A stretch of DNA of 64,000 bases, taken from positions 14,574 to 78,573 of the forward strand of contig JAHHHU010000015.1 in assembly GCA_019359175.1 (NCBI GenBank), given 5' to 3'. This DNA comes from Phormidium tanganyikae FI6-MK23 (lineage in GTDB: Bacteria > Cyanobacteriota > Cyanobacteriia > Leptolyngbyales > Leptolyngbyaceae). Position 1 is the stretch's first letter. The number at the start of each line of letters is the position of its first letter. A model generated the notes under the pieces. That model saw only the letters and a program-made list of their open reading frames with translations. It was not told the DNA's origin and did no database searches. Of this stretch, positions 19,805 to 29,986 are shown piece by piece. The translations under genes were made by a program, and so were the position numbers.

Positions 19805-20833
19805 TTAAACCGGACTCGCACACAGCGCCGATTCCTCCAATATCGCCCCGATCGGGGTTCGATCAGGCATTCCCAATCCAAAGCCCTGTCCCAAATCCAC
19901 GCCAATCGATCGACAAAATTCGATGTCTTCCAACGCTTCCAGTCCTTCCGCCAGTACGGTGATTTCAAGCTCTTGCGCCACTTGAACCAGGCTTTTCACC
20001 ATGACTTGCTTCATATCGTAGCGACTGCATCCGTGAATCAAGCGTCGATCGAGCTTAATCACATCCGGGCGCAACTCTGTACAGTAATGATCGATCGCAA
20101 CATTGCTTCCCAAATCATCCAGCGCTAACCCAAAGCCACCTGCCCGAATTTGCTCAATCACTTTCAGTAAGTTTGGGTGATGAGTCAAGGCTTCAACTTC
20201 GGTGAGTTCAAACACGATTTGTTCGGGATGTAAGCCGAGATCGAGAACTTGCTGGAAGTTGTATTCTAGCGATTCGGGATGATGTGCGATCGCATTGGGC
20301 AAAACGTTGATAAAAAAGGTCGGGCGATCGGATTGATTCCACTGTGCCAAGGCGCTAAAGCACGTCGATCGAGCTAAGGTGTCAAACTCGCGCGTCAGGT
20401 TCATTGTCAGCGCAGCATCAATGAGTTGCTGACCATTAAAAAGCTGTCCTTGTTCGTCCTCAGCGCGGGCGAGACATTCATGCGCTACGACTTCACCCGA
20501 ATGCAGATCAAAAATCGGCTGATAGTTAAAAAAGAGTTGCTGATGTGCCAGAACTTGAAAAAACCAGGCGTGTTTGACCAACATCGTCATCTGACTCAGC
20601 GGTTGGGCATTGAGAAACTCAATCAGTAAATGTTCGGCATCGAGCGGCGATCGCGTCACGGCATATCGAGACAGCGCTTGTCCCCGGCTAGAGACTTGCT
20701 GACACAGGGCAACGAACAAACTTGACAATTCAAATTCGCTCACCGTGCGGTAGAGCAGTTGCGGCACGATCGCGATTTTCTGAAAGCCTAGCTGGTACAA
20801 CACCAAATAGGTTTCTCGATCGCTTGGCTGCAT
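19805..20833 (-). CDS. EAL-domain c-di-GMP phosphodiesterase (no GGDEF)
   Basis: YQPIFD, ECLAR, INV, ELTE, LDDLGS, IKLDR, LAEGLE, QGF; start probably ATG 20833. Confidence 0.88.
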   Translation of the reverse strand: MQPSDRETYLVLYQLGFQKIAIVPQLLYRTVSEFELSSLFVALCQQVSSRGQALSRYAVTRSPLDAEHLLIEFLNAQPLSQMTMLVKHAWFFQVLAHQQLFFNYQPIFDLHSGEVVAHECLARAEDEQGQLFNGQQLIDAALTMNLTREFDTLARSTCFSALAQWNQSDRPTFFINVLPNAIAHHPESLEYNFQQVLDLGLHPEQIVFELTEVEALTHHPNLLKVIEQIRAGGFGLALDDLGSNVAIDHYCTELRPDVIKLDRRLIHGCSRYDMKQVMVKSLVQVAQELEITVLAEGLEALEDIEFCRSIGVDLGQGFGLGMPDRTPIGAILEESALCASPV

Positions 20834-21115
20834 AATCAGTTTTAGCGAGTGATTGAATTGAGGAGTGGTTTGCACAAAAGAAAGCCCTTCGCGTTTTAAC
20901 AGATGCGATGGAGATGACCTGATCAAAAAGTAATCACAGCAGCGGACGATCGCTGCCTGCCCAAATCAATTCCGCACTTCTACGGTATCAAATACGGCTT
21001 GAAACTTGCCACTTCAGTGATTCCCTTTATGTAATTTCTACAATTTGAACGAAAAATCCGCAAGAAATCCATTGCATGAGATCATTTTTTACAAGTTCTT
21101 TTTTGCCCCTACCCT

Positions 21116-22153
21116 ATGACTCCTCTGACTTTAGAAACCGCGCAATGGTCTGAGTTACTCCAGCAACTTCTCGATCGCGATTCTTTATCGATCGAACAAG
21201 CCTCAACGCTGATGCAAGGCTGGCTGAATGATGAAATTCCTCCGGTGCTGTCTGGTGCGATTTTGATGGCGTTGCAGACGAAAGGCATTTCAGCAGCGGA
21301 ACTGGCAGGAATGGCAAAAGTGTTGCAGTCCCAAGCGCAATCGGTAGAGCGTCCAGCGTTTCCGCTGATTGATACTTGTGGAACCGGGGGCGATGGAGCT
21401 TCGACGTTTAATATTTCGACTGCGGTGGCATTTGTAGCTTCAGCGGCAGGGCTGCGGGTGGCGAAGCATGGAAATCGATCGGCATCGAGTCAGGTCGGAT
21501 CGGCGGATGTTCTCGAAGCGTTGGGGGTGAATTTGGGCGCGTCAGCGGAGCGGATTCAAGCCGCGATCGGTGAAGTGGGAATTACGTTTTTGTTTGCTCC
21601 AGGCTGGCATCCGGCGCTGAAGGTCGTTGCGCCGATGCGGAGAATGCTGAAAGTGCGGACGGTGTTTAATTTATTAGGCCCGTTAGTGAATCCGTTGCAG
21701 CCGACTGGACAAGTGATTGGTGTGTTTAGCACTGCGTTGATCGAACCAATGGCGGAGGCCTTGAAGCTGTTAGGGAAAGAATCTGCGATCGTGCTTCACG
21801 GCAGGGAGCGACTCGATGAAGCGGGATTAGGCGATTTAACCGATTTGGCGGTATTGAACAATCAAAACGTTGAACTCACCACGATCGATCCTCAAGCATT
21901 GGGATTGCAGAAAGCGTCGATCGACTCGTTACGCGGCGGTGATATCAACGTGAATACGGAAATTCTGAGATCGGTTCTACAAGGCAAAGGGACGCAGGCA
22001 CAACGGGATGCCGTGACGCTAAATGCAGCATTAGCGCTGTGGGTTGGACAGGCGGTGGATTCTTATCAAAGCGGTATCGATCGAGCTAGAGAAATTCTGG
22101 CATCTGGTGCAGCGTGGGAGAAATTAAACCAACTCGTTGAGTTTTTGAAATAG
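21116..22153 (+). CDS. trpD: Anthranilate phosphoribosyltransferase
   Basis: [47 protein letters not shown]. Confidence 0.97.
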   Translation: MTPLTLETAQWSELLQQLLDRDSLSIEQASTLMQGWLNDEIPPVLSGAILMALQTKGISAAELAGMAKVLQSQAQSVERPAFPLIDTCGTGGDGASTFNISTAVAFVASAAGLRVAKHGNRSASSQVGSADVLEALGVNLGASAERIQAAIGEVGITFLFAPGWHPALKVVAPMRRMLKVRTVFNLLGPLVNPLQPTGQVIGVFSTALIEPMAEALKLLGKESAIVLHGRERLDEAGLGDLTDLAVLNNQNVELTTIDPQALGLQKASIDSLRGGDINVNTEILRSVLQGKGTQAQRDAVTLNAALALWVGQAVDSYQSGIDRAREILASGAAWEKLNQLVEFLK

Positions 22154-22168
22154 GAATTAGCACAAATC

Positions 22169-22504
22169 ATGCCAGCCCTTGATCTCTATCGCCAAATTAT
22201 TCAGACCGTTCTGATTCCATATACCGAAATTCCTTACTCGCATGGCGATCTGATTTGTAAACCGATTTTTGATGAAAGCCGTGATAGTTATCTATTAATG
22301 ACTCTGGGATGGGATCGAAAAGCGCGGGTTCATGGCTTTCTGGTTCATCTTGACATTATTGATGGCAAAATTTGGGTGCAGCGAGATGAAACCGAAGATG
22401 GTGTAACTCATGAATTAGTAGGGGCAGGCGTTCCGAAGCATGATATCGTGCTAGGCTTTCATCCTGCTGATGTGCAACCCCATACGGGTTATGCGATCGC
22501 TTAA
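22169..22504 (+). CDS. xisI: XisI family protein (no xisH neighbour)
   Basis: YLLMTLGW, HLDIIDGKIWVQRD, GVPKHDIVLGFHP. Confidence 0.92.
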   Translation: MPALDLYRQIIQTVLIPYTEIPYSHGDLICKPIFDESRDSYLLMTLGWDRKARVHGFLVHLDIIDGKIWVQRDETEDGVTHELVGAGVPKHDIVLGFHPADVQPHTGYAIA

Positions 22505-22515
22505 CACATCTATTT

Positions 22516-22974
22516 TTATATTTCTTCGGGCTGTGCTACGAAATTAACGGCTGTGTTATTTAAGCTAAGTTCGCCGTTTAAGGTGTTTTGGACGATCGCA
22601 CTTTGAATCGCGATCGTGTCACTCTCACAGCCCTGAATTTGCGCTGCATTTCCTGATAGTTCTAAGTTTTGCTGTCTGAAGGTTCCAGTTAGAGAAGGTT
22701 TCTTTCTCAAAGCAGTTTGTTCTTGCGTTGAATGTGTTGATTCTAAGAGCGATCCATTGAGATAAATCCCAGATTGCTCGATCGATAAAATCAGCGTTTT
22801 CGATTTCAAGCATCCCGGTAGATCTTTTGCAGTAATTTTGTATCGTCCTGAGATTTTCGGTTGTGCTTTTAGGTTTGCTTCTCCATAGTTCGTAGCAATA
22901 CTAAAAAGCGCAATCACAAATGCGATCGTTGATCCGTAGAACATCAGCCATTTTGCACTAAACAGGCTTTTCAT
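22516..22974 (-). CDS. Hypothetical membrane-anchored protein downstream of the antiporter
   Basis: N-terminal hydrophobic segment; overlaps the antiporter stop, so likely co-transcribed; start uncertain. Confidence 0.75.
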   Translation of the reverse strand: MKSLFSAKWLMFYGSTIAFVIALFSIATNYGEANLKAQPKISGRYKITAKDLPGCLKSKTLILSIEQSGIYLNGSLLESTHSTQEQTALRKKPSLTGTFRQQNLELSGNAAQIQGCESDTIAIQSAIVQNTLNGELSLNNTAVNFVAQPEEI

Positions 22975-25117
22975 CAATAACCTCCAACATCGATGTGAGA
23001 TGCGATGCAACTTCACTGTATCGCCGTGTAATCAATAATGACGATCGACATTCCGCTGCCAGTTCATCGGTGTATCGTCCGAGTGTTTGCCGTTCGATTC
23101 CCCATTCTCGACTGGCTCCCGCGATCGTTAAGTCCGCTTGCTCTGATGCTTCCATCACGGCTCGAATCGGAGAACTCGCTTCTACGATCGGCAACTCAAT
23201 CCGGCGACGAATGTGATCGGGAAGTCGATCCATCATCGCGTTAAACTCAAAGCTAAGTTCGATCAGGGGTTGTTCGGATGAAATCACTCTCAGAATTTTG
23301 AGGTGAGTGTGTTCTCGATTAATCAAAAGCCTCAGCGCCAGTTCTAACCCCAAATCGGTGTGAATATTCGAGACGTAGGGAAGCAGCAGGTTTTCGAGTT
23401 TTGTGGATTGTCGATCGATAAACACTGCCACATCAGTCGAAGCCGTTGTCAGAATTTGCCCGACTCGTCCGCCCAATCGATTGCTGTGAAAGGCGGGACG
23501 ATGCCAGCCAACGAGAATTAAATCAGCTCGATCTCGGATGGCAATTTGGGTCGTGGCGCGGGCGACATCGCGATCGACTTGCACGATCGGACGCACCAAA
23601 TGACGATAATCCGCAGGCTCTAACGTTTGGATCAGTTCTTGAAGCCGCTCGTTGGTGTGGGCAATTTGTCGATCGGCTTCGATTGGAAGACTCTCGTAAA
23701 CGTAGTCTTCGTCGAGGTGAATCAGGCTCAGTGGAGTCACGATCGCGGGTGGATGCTTTGAAGGATTGCCAATTGCGATCGCCATTGCGAGTTCAATCAG
23801 TCCGCGCTGAGTAGTAGGATTTGCGATCGGAACTAACACACGATAACCAGCAGATTTATCCTGTTCAGATTGATAAACTGTATCTTGCCGAATTTGCTGT
23901 TTTGGATAAATTAGCTCTAATAACGGTGATGTCATGAACGTTGTCACTAACGCCATAATCACCAACATTGTAAACAACAAGGGTGAGATCACATTTAAGC
24001 TCAAACCAATGTTTAGAACGATTAGTTCCGTTAAGCCGCGAGTATTCATCAACCAACCTAATGCCGAAGCTTCCCGTTTTTCAACGCCTGAAACTCTTGC
24101 AGCGACATAAGTTCCGACATATTTCCCGACGATCGCAACCGCAACCACGATCGCGCAAAGCCCCCACAGCACCGGACGATTCAGCAATCCAATCTGAGTC
24201 CGTAATCCGCTGTAAGCAAAAAACACAGGCAGCAAAAATGTCAGCACAAAATCTTCAGTCTTCTGAGCCAGTTCGCGCGTTAATCCTGGATGTTTTGGCA
24301 TCACAACGCCGACCAGAAACGCCCCAAAAATTAAATGAATTCCAATCAGTTCGGTAATTAATGCAGACACCACCACAACCATATAAATGATTGCGAGAAC
24401 AGTTTGATTGAGTTTGCCTGTGCGATCGTAAAGTGCGGCAAACTGTTTCAATAACAGTCGTCCGGCAGTCAGCATAAAAGCGATATATGCGATCGCTTCT
24501 AAAATCGTTGGAACCGCAGCAATCATATTGTTGTAACGAGTGACTGCGATCGCTAACGCTAACAAACACCACGCCGTCACATCATCGACAGCAGCACAAG
24601 TCAACGCTAACGCACCCAATCGACTATTCTGTAAATTATTTTCTGTGATAATTCTCGCTAATACTGGAAACGCCGTAATTGACATCGCTGCGCCTAAGAA
24701 CAACGCAAACGCTGTGAACGACACGCCCTCATATGAAACTAATGGATATAACAGTAGGGAAGCCAACGTTCCGAGTGAAAACGGAACTAATATGCTGACG
24801 TGCGAAACGAGAATCGCGACGTTTAATCCATTTTTGAGGTATTTCGGATCGAGTTCCAACCCGATTAGAAACATGAAAAAGATTAGCCCGATCTGAGACA
24901 AAACGCCCAGAAATGGGATCGTTTCAGGTGGAAAAAGCCACGCAGCCACGCTCGGCGCAATCATGCCAAACAAAGACGGCCCCAACATAATTCCCGCGAC
25001 AATTTCACCGATCACCAGCGGTTGATTCAGTCGTCGAAATCCCACTCCCACGAGTCGCGATAATCCGATGACTAGAAGAATTTGAATTAAGACTTGAACA
25101 ACAATATCGAGGTGCAT
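22958..25117 (-). CDS. Cation:proton antiporter (CPA2/NhaS-type) with C-terminal USP-like domain
   Basis: QPLVIGEIVAGIMLGPS, AMSITAFPVLARI, AAVDDV, MNTRGLTELIVL, then the cytoplasmic tail VLVPIANP. Confidence 0.93.
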   Translation of the reverse strand: MHLDIVVQVLIQILLVIGLSRLVGVGFRRLNQPLVIGEIVAGIMLGPSLFGMIAPSVAAWLFPPETIPFLGVLSQIGLIFFMFLIGLELDPKYLKNGLNVAILVSHVSILVPFSLGTLASLLLYPLVSYEGVSFTAFALFLGAAMSITAFPVLARIITENNLQNSRLGALALTCAAVDDVTAWCLLALAIAVTRYNNMIAAVPTILEAIAYIAFMLTAGRLLLKQFAALYDRTGKLNQTVLAIIYMVVVVSALITELIGIHLIFGAFLVGVVMPKHPGLTRELAQKTEDFVLTFLLPVFFAYSGLRTQIGLLNRPVLWGLCAIVVAVAIVGKYVGTYVAARVSGVEKREASALGWLMNTRGLTELIVLNIGLSLNVISPLLFTMLVIMALVTTFMTSPLLELIYPKQQIRQDTVYQSEQDKSAGYRVLVPIANPTTQRGLIELAMAIAIGNPSKHPPAIVTPLSLIHLDEDYVYESLPIEADRQIAHTNERLQELIQTLEPADYRHLVRPIVQVDRDVARATTQIAIRDRADLILVGWHRPAFHSNRLGGRVGQILTTASTDVAVFIDRQSTKLENLLLPYVSNIHTDLGLELALRLLINREHTHLKILRVISSEQPLIELSFEFNAMMDRLPDHIRRRIELPIVEASSPIRAVMEASEQADLTIAGASREWGIERQTLGRYTDELAAECRSSLLITRRYSEVASHLTSMLEVIDEKPV

Positions 25118-25245
25118 AGAGTCCGGATAGAGTACACCTCAAGAGTATTTCTGGTGAATCAATCAATTGAACGGATTCATCTGCGAATCTTTACATTTCT
25201 GCATAATATTAGAGCGATCGCTGCTGTAGAGATCGCTCTAATTCA

Positions 25246-25437
25246 TTAATAACTATCTTCTCCTGGGACTTTTAGCGGATCAGACTCAGCGGACAATTGT
25301 TCGAGTGAAGCGTCTCGAATTGCTTGCCAACGCTGAAGCAGTTCCTCGCCTTGCCAATCAGTTGCAATATAGCTTCTGACTGCCTCATCAAGTTGCTGCA
25401 TCGATTGAAGAACAGGTCTAACGATCGCATTTGCCAT
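25246..25437 (-). CDS. 63-aa hypothetical protein
   Basis: GGAGG 5 nt upstream of the ATG; fills the gap between two co-oriented genes. Confidence 0.7.
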   Translation of the reverse strand: MANAIVRPVLQSMQQLDEAVRSYIATDWQGEELLQRWQAIRDASLEQLSAESDPLKVPGEDSY

Positions 25438-25522
25438 ACAAACCTCCCAAAGGTGCGCGGCTTGCCTCCAATTCTACTGACGGACGGAAAAATTAAGTAA
25501 AAATTGCGACAAATTCTGCAAC

Positions 25523-26347
25523 TTATTTACACTTCCACGCAGTTGGTAACGAAAATTGATAAACATCTTCCAGAACTTGTACCCATCCGGCAACTAATGC
25601 GGCAAGAATGCGATCGCCTTTTTCCTTCGTAGCAGTCGTGGGATCGCCTAAGACTCCGCTGCTACTTAGATCACGAGTCATCCACGCAAACGGCAACGCT
25701 CCTTCCATACTCAAAACGCTCGATCGAGGTTCACCTAGTGGGTATTCAGCTTTCGCCCGCTCCATCTTTACGTGATCTGGCAAGATCGAAAGTAGCAAAC
25801 TTGTCTCAACATCGCCCGCATGAATCCCTAGTTCTAATTCTTTCGGGGTGAAAAGTTCACGCGCGATCGCGTCGATCGTCGGAACTTTCCAGGTGAACAA
25901 AGGAAACAGCGCAAAGTCTTCGTATTGTTGGTGCAAATCACGGGCAGCAATTTCGAGAACCTGAGGCTGTCCGCCGTGGGAGTTGATAAACACTAATTTC
26001 CGAAATCCCGCTCGATAGATACTTTCAGCAACCTCCATCAACACAGCTAACAATGTTTGAGTGCTGAGTGTGATGGTGCCGGGAAAGTGCCAGTGTTCAT
26101 TCGATTTGCCGTAGTACAACGGCGGCAAGGAATAGGCGGGAATGGTTGGATCGAGTTGAGCTAATGCTTTGCCCAAAACCGCGACGCTGATTGCAGAATC
26201 GACCGCTAACGGTAAATGTGCGCCATGTTGTTCGATCGCGCCAATCGGCTGCACGATCACAACATTTTCTTTGTTGGGCATTGCTTCGATATCTGTCCAA
26301 CTGAGATACGGAAAATAGCGATCGCTAGGAATGAAACCATGCATCAT
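25523..26347 (-). CDS. Creatininase family amidohydrolase
   Basis: GAIEQHGAHLP, D, SNEHWHFPGT, NSHGGQ, IHAGDVETS metal-binding motifs. Confidence 0.92.
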   Translation of the reverse strand: MMHGFIPSDRYFPYLSWTDIEAMPNKENVVIVQPIGAIEQHGAHLPLAVDSAISVAVLGKALAQLDPTIPAYSLPPLYYGKSNEHWHFPGTITLSTQTLLAVLMEVAESIYRAGFRKLVFINSHGGQPQVLEIAARDLHQQYEDFALFPLFTWKVPTIDAIARELFTPKELELGIHAGDVETSLLLSILPDHVKMERAKAEYPLGEPRSSVLSMEGALPFAWMTRDLSSSGVLGDPTTATKEKGDRILAALVAGWVQVLEDVYQFSLPTAWKCK

Positions 26348-26507
26348 TGTGATTTCTGCTAAATCTAGACTGTACAGCTTTAGCCGCTAATTTCGTGAAT
26401 CGATAAGTTTGCACCGCCGATCGCGTCTTCTGCCCAAGCAGCCATTGTCCAATTCTCGATATCGATTGAGCCGCCATGTTACCCTGAGTCGTCAGATTTA
26501 GGAATTT

Positions 26508-27140
26508 TTGATGCTCTGGTTTTTTTCGACGGTTTTGACAGGTGCGATCGCATTTGCCGCAACGAATATCGATGATCTGTTTGTCCTGATGCTGTTTTTT
26601 TCTCAGGTCAATGCCTCTTTCAAAAAGTCTCAAATTTATTGGGGACAATATTTGGGATTTGCAGGGATCGTTGCCTGTAGTTTATTAGGATTTTTGGGCG
26701 GCTTATTTATTCCGCAGGCTTGGATCGGCTTGTTAGGATTTTTGCCGATCGTTCTAGGAATTCGGGCTTTCCTAAACCGCGAAGAAGAAGACGAAATCCA
26801 AGGTGCAAATTTGCCAAATAATGCGGTCATCAAGTTACTAATGAGATTTTTTCATCCCAAAATTTTGAGTGTTGCGATCGTCACTTTCGCAAACGGTGGA
26901 GACAATATCGCAACTTATATTCCCTTGTTTGCCAGCTTAGAAATGCAGCGATTGTTGATTGTTTTGGCTGTGTTTTTTAGCTTGATTGCGGTGTGGTGCG
27001 CGATCGCGAATTGGTTAGCAAATCATCCAGCTATTGCGCCTGGGTTAGAGCAATACAATCAAATCTTGGTTCCGATCGTTCTGATCGGTTTAGGAATTTA
27101 CATCTTGATCGAGAACGAAACTTGGCGAGTCTTTGTTTAG
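26508..27140 (+). CDS. Cadmium resistance transporter (CadD family)
   Basis: AFAATNIDDL, GQYLGF, ANGGDNIATYIPLFA. Confidence 0.9.
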   Translation: MMLWFFSTVLTGAIAFAATNIDDLFVLMLFFSQVNASFKKSQIYWGQYLGFAGIVACSLLGFLGGLFIPQAWIGLLGFLPIVLGIRAFLNREEEDEIQGANLPNNAVIKLLMRFFHPKILSVAIVTFANGGDNIATYIPLFASLEMQRLLIVLAVFFSLIAVWCAIANWLANHPAIAPGLEQYNQILVPIVLIGLGIYILIENETWRVFV

Positions 27141-27424
27141 CTCCAGTCGTCTCGCTTTGCGCCGCGTCCTTTGTAGGGTTGAGATTCCATGTGAATGCTT
27201 CGAGTTCTTTCAAATAGAGCGTCCTCGGTTAAGCTCCATTGCTTTAGAATTTTGTCTAAATCAGCTTGGATGTCTCGCGCACCGGGGAAGCCATTGTAGC
27301 GAATGCGAAGACGGGCAAGCTCAGCGAGATTGAGATCGGTGGCTTCGCCTGTAAGTAGACCATCGACAATTTCTCGATCGGTCTTCCACAAAGGATGTTG
27401 CTGATCTTTTTGTTCTTGCGCCAT
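27137..27424 (-). CDS. DUF3288 family cyanobacterial protein
   Basis: DQQHP...LAELARLRIRYNGFPGARDIQADLDKIL...DDWS. Confidence 0.8.
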   Translation of the reverse strand: MAQEQKDQQHPLWKTDREIVDGLLTGEATDLNLAELARLRIRYNGFPGARDIQADLDKILKQWSLTEDALFERTRSIHMESQPYKGRGAKRDDWS

Positions 27425-27482
27425 AGCTCACTGTGGAATTGATGTTCGGTAACATGATAGTTCCTTAGCGTCGCCAATCATC

Positions 27483-28655
27483 ATGAATTTCAATCGCCTC
27501 CCTGCCCGGATGCAAGCGGTACAGTCCCCGATTATTCCGATCGTAGGTGAACTGATTCGACAACATCCAGGAACTATCTCACTCGGTCAAGGCGTAGTGA
27601 ACTATCCGCCGCCTCAAAGCGCGATCGATCAAATCACCGCATTTCTCAGTAATCCTGCAAATCATAAATATCAAGCAGTCGAAGGAATTCCAGAACTGAA
27701 AGCTGCGATCGCAAATAAGTTAATCACCGAAAATAAAATTGATTTAAGCGATCGCGAAATTGTTGTCACCGCAGGCAGCAATATGGCTTTCCTGAATGTT
27801 GTTTTAGCGATTACTGATCCGGGTGATGAAATCATTCTGCAAACGCCGTTTTACTTTAATCACGAAATGGCGATCAAGATTGCCAGTTGTCGAGCAATTC
27901 TCGTTCCAACCAATGAGAATTACCAGCTTCAGCCAGATTTAATTCGAGCCGCAATCACAGAACGAACTCGCGCGATCGTTACAATTTCTCCAAACAATCC
28001 AACAGGGGCAGTATATTCAGAATCAGCATTGCGAGAAGTAAATCAAATGTGTCGCGATTCTAATTGTTATCACATTACCGATGAAGCTTACGAATACTTC
28101 ACCTATAGCGTTGATCATTTCTCTGCCGCCAGTATTGACTATAGTGCTAACAATACTATTTCAATTTTTAGTCTTTCTAAAGCATATGGCTTTGCAAGTT
28201 GGCGAATCGGATATGTGATTATTCCTGCTTTTTTACTTGAATCGGTGCAGAAAATTCAGGATACCAATGTGATTTGTGCATCAGTCATTTCTCAGTTTGC
28301 AGCATTGGGAGCATTGCAGGCAGGGCGATCGTATTGCGAAGAGAAATTAAGCGCGATCGCACAAGTCCGAGAAATCGTCTTATCCGAATTTAAATCTATT
28401 CGCCATCTTTGCACTGTTCCACAAGCCGATGGCGCATTCTATTTCTTGCTCAAAGTTCACACCGATTTGGATGCAATGGAACTCGTGAAACGATTGATTC
28501 AAGAGCATCGAGTCGCTGTACTGCCGGGATTTACATTTGGATTAGAAAACGGCTGTTACTTGCGCGTGGGATATGGAGCGTTAGAGAAAGAAACTGCGAT
28601 CGAAGGAATCCAACGACTTGTAACTGGATTGAAAACAATCATCGAGACGCGCTAA
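27483..28655 (+). CDS. Class I/II PLP-dependent aminotransferase
   Basis: ISLGQG, TAGSNMAF, SPNNPTG, DEAYEYF, SLSKAYGFASWRIGY (PLP lysine). Confidence 0.94.
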   Translation: MNFNRLPARMQAVQSPIIPIVGELIRQHPGTISLGQGVVNYPPPQSAIDQITAFLSNPANHKYQAVEGIPELKAAIANKLITENKIDLSDREIVVTAGSNMAFLNVVLAITDPGDEIILQTPFYFNHEMAIKIASCRAILVPTNENYQLQPDLIRAAITERTRAIVTISPNNPTGAVYSESALREVNQMCRDSNCYHITDEAYEYFTYSVDHFSAASIDYSANNTISIFSLSKAYGFASWRIGYVIIPAFLLESVQKIQDTNVICASVISQFAALGALQAGRSYCEEKLSAIAQVREIVLSEFKSIRHLCTVPQADGAFYFLLKVHTDLDAMELVKRLIQEHRVAVLPGFTFGLENGCYLRVGYGALEKETAIEGIQRLVTGLKTIIETR

Positions 28656-28682
28656 AACTGTTAACACGACCACGAACTACCT

Positions 28683-29309
28683 ATGCCAGTAAATGCGAGA
28701 AGTCTGACCCTAACAAATCTGCGACATCGATTTGGCGTGCAGTTGAATTCGAGCGATCGTTTTTTTACTGATTGGCTCGTTCAGTCTCCCGTTTTATCAG
28801 ATTCAGATCTTCAGGCACTCGATCGCATCCAGCGCAACTATGACTATCTCAGCCAAGAAGAACCGCCGCTCGAAGAAGTCGTAAAGCTGGTCGTCGTTTC
28901 GCCATTGCTTGATTTAGCTGGATTTTACCAACCGCCTTTTCTCGTCAAAATAGAAGTCGGAACTACGATCGAGGTCGCGGATGACCCGGATTTATCAATT
29001 CAAGGAAAGATTGATATTTTGGTCATCCAGGACGCTCTGTGGGTTTTGGCGATCGAGTCGAAACCTGCGCGGTTAGATGTCACCGTTGGCATTCCTCAAG
29101 CGTTAACTTATCTCCTCAGCGCACCGACCCCGCAATCAATCCTGTATGGCATGGTGACAAACGGGAGAGAAGTCTTATTCTTAAGTCTCGATCGCACAAC
29201 GACGCAATATACGCGATCGCCGACTTATCGACTGCTCGAAAACGCTCAAGAACGAAAACAAATTTTGCAAGGTTTAAAAGTCATCAGTTCACTCATTCAA
29301 CCCAACTAA
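28683..29309 (+). CDS. Stand-alone type I restriction R N-terminal-like PD-(D/E)XK nuclease-domain protein
   Basis: GKIDILV...LAIESK, QALTYL and GMVTNG motifs; no methyltransferase nearby. Confidence 0.8.
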   Translation: MPVNARSLTLTNLRHRFGVQLNSSDRFFTDWLVQSPVLSDSDLQALDRIQRNYDYLSQEEPPLEEVVKLVVVSPLLDLAGFYQPPFLVKIEVGTTIEVADDPDLSIQGKIDILVIQDALWVLAIESKPARLDVTVGIPQALTYLLSAPTPQSILYGMVTNGREVLFLSLDRTTTQYTRSPTYRLLENAQERKQILQGLKVISSLIQPN

Positions 29310-29311
29310 CA

Positions 29312-29767
29312 ATGATCTCTACTTCTCCAACCGTTTCGCTTTCCGGTTGTCTGCGCCAAGTGCATCACCTCGCACTCAATGTTAAAGACATGCAGACAGC
29401 ACGCCATTTCTACGGCACAGTTCTAGGCTTGCAGGAGCTAACTGGATCAGAAGTGCCTGAAACTTTGAAAAATGAAGTCGCAGCCGGAAAAGTCGCGAAC
29501 TTCAGAACACCAGATGGAACCATCATCGATCTGTTTTGGGAGCCTGACTTGATGCCGCCTGATCCCGATCCCAAGAAAGGCTTTACGCGGATGAATCATT
29601 TTGCGTTTGATATTGCACCGGAAATGTTCGATCGAGCCGTTGAAGTGCTGCATCACTACGAAGTGTTGATCGATCACGGCCCTGTATCTCGTCCAACGGG
29701 ACGCGGAATTTACTTTTATGATCCCGATGGCTTTATGTTAGAAATCCGCTGCAATCCAGCACCATAG
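29312..29767 (+). CDS. VOC (glyoxalase/bleomycin resistance) family protein
   Basis: VHHLALNV, NHFAF, IYFYDPDGFMLEI; ATG at 29312. Confidence 0.9.
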   Translation: MISTSPTVSLSGCLRQVHHLALNVKDMQTARHFYGTVLGLQELTGSEVPETLKNEVAAGKVANFRTPDGTIIDLFWEPDLMPPDPDPKKGFTRMNHFAFDIAPEMFDRAVEVLHHYEVLIDHGPVSRPTGRGIYFYDPDGFMLEIRCNPAP

Positions 29768-29986
29768 AATTACAGCGGAACGGTTTCAAGTGCCGCCTCA
29801 CCGATTCCGGTCATTTCCCTTCATGCGATCGGGTCATCTTCCTGCAACGCTTAAGTGAGCCGGATCACCAGATAAGCCGCAAATTTATAAGACTCTAGAA
29901 GATACCCGCATTTGCATCATTCTTGAGTAGAATCTTGCAAAGGGTAGATGCTTTGTCGCTTCTCTGAGAATTGAGTGAGGTTTGAG

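Noticed and set aside
26325-26477. Possible 50-aa ORF (MAAQSISRIGQWLL...) upstream of the creatininase gene
   Set aside because: Weak RBS, overlaps the creatininase start, and lies in a divergent promoter region; no supporting motif.
29768-29880. Assigning this segment to 6S, SRP, RNase P, tmRNA or a known riboswitch
   Set aside because: Hallmark sequences and expected lengths were not found; kept only as an unassigned candidate.
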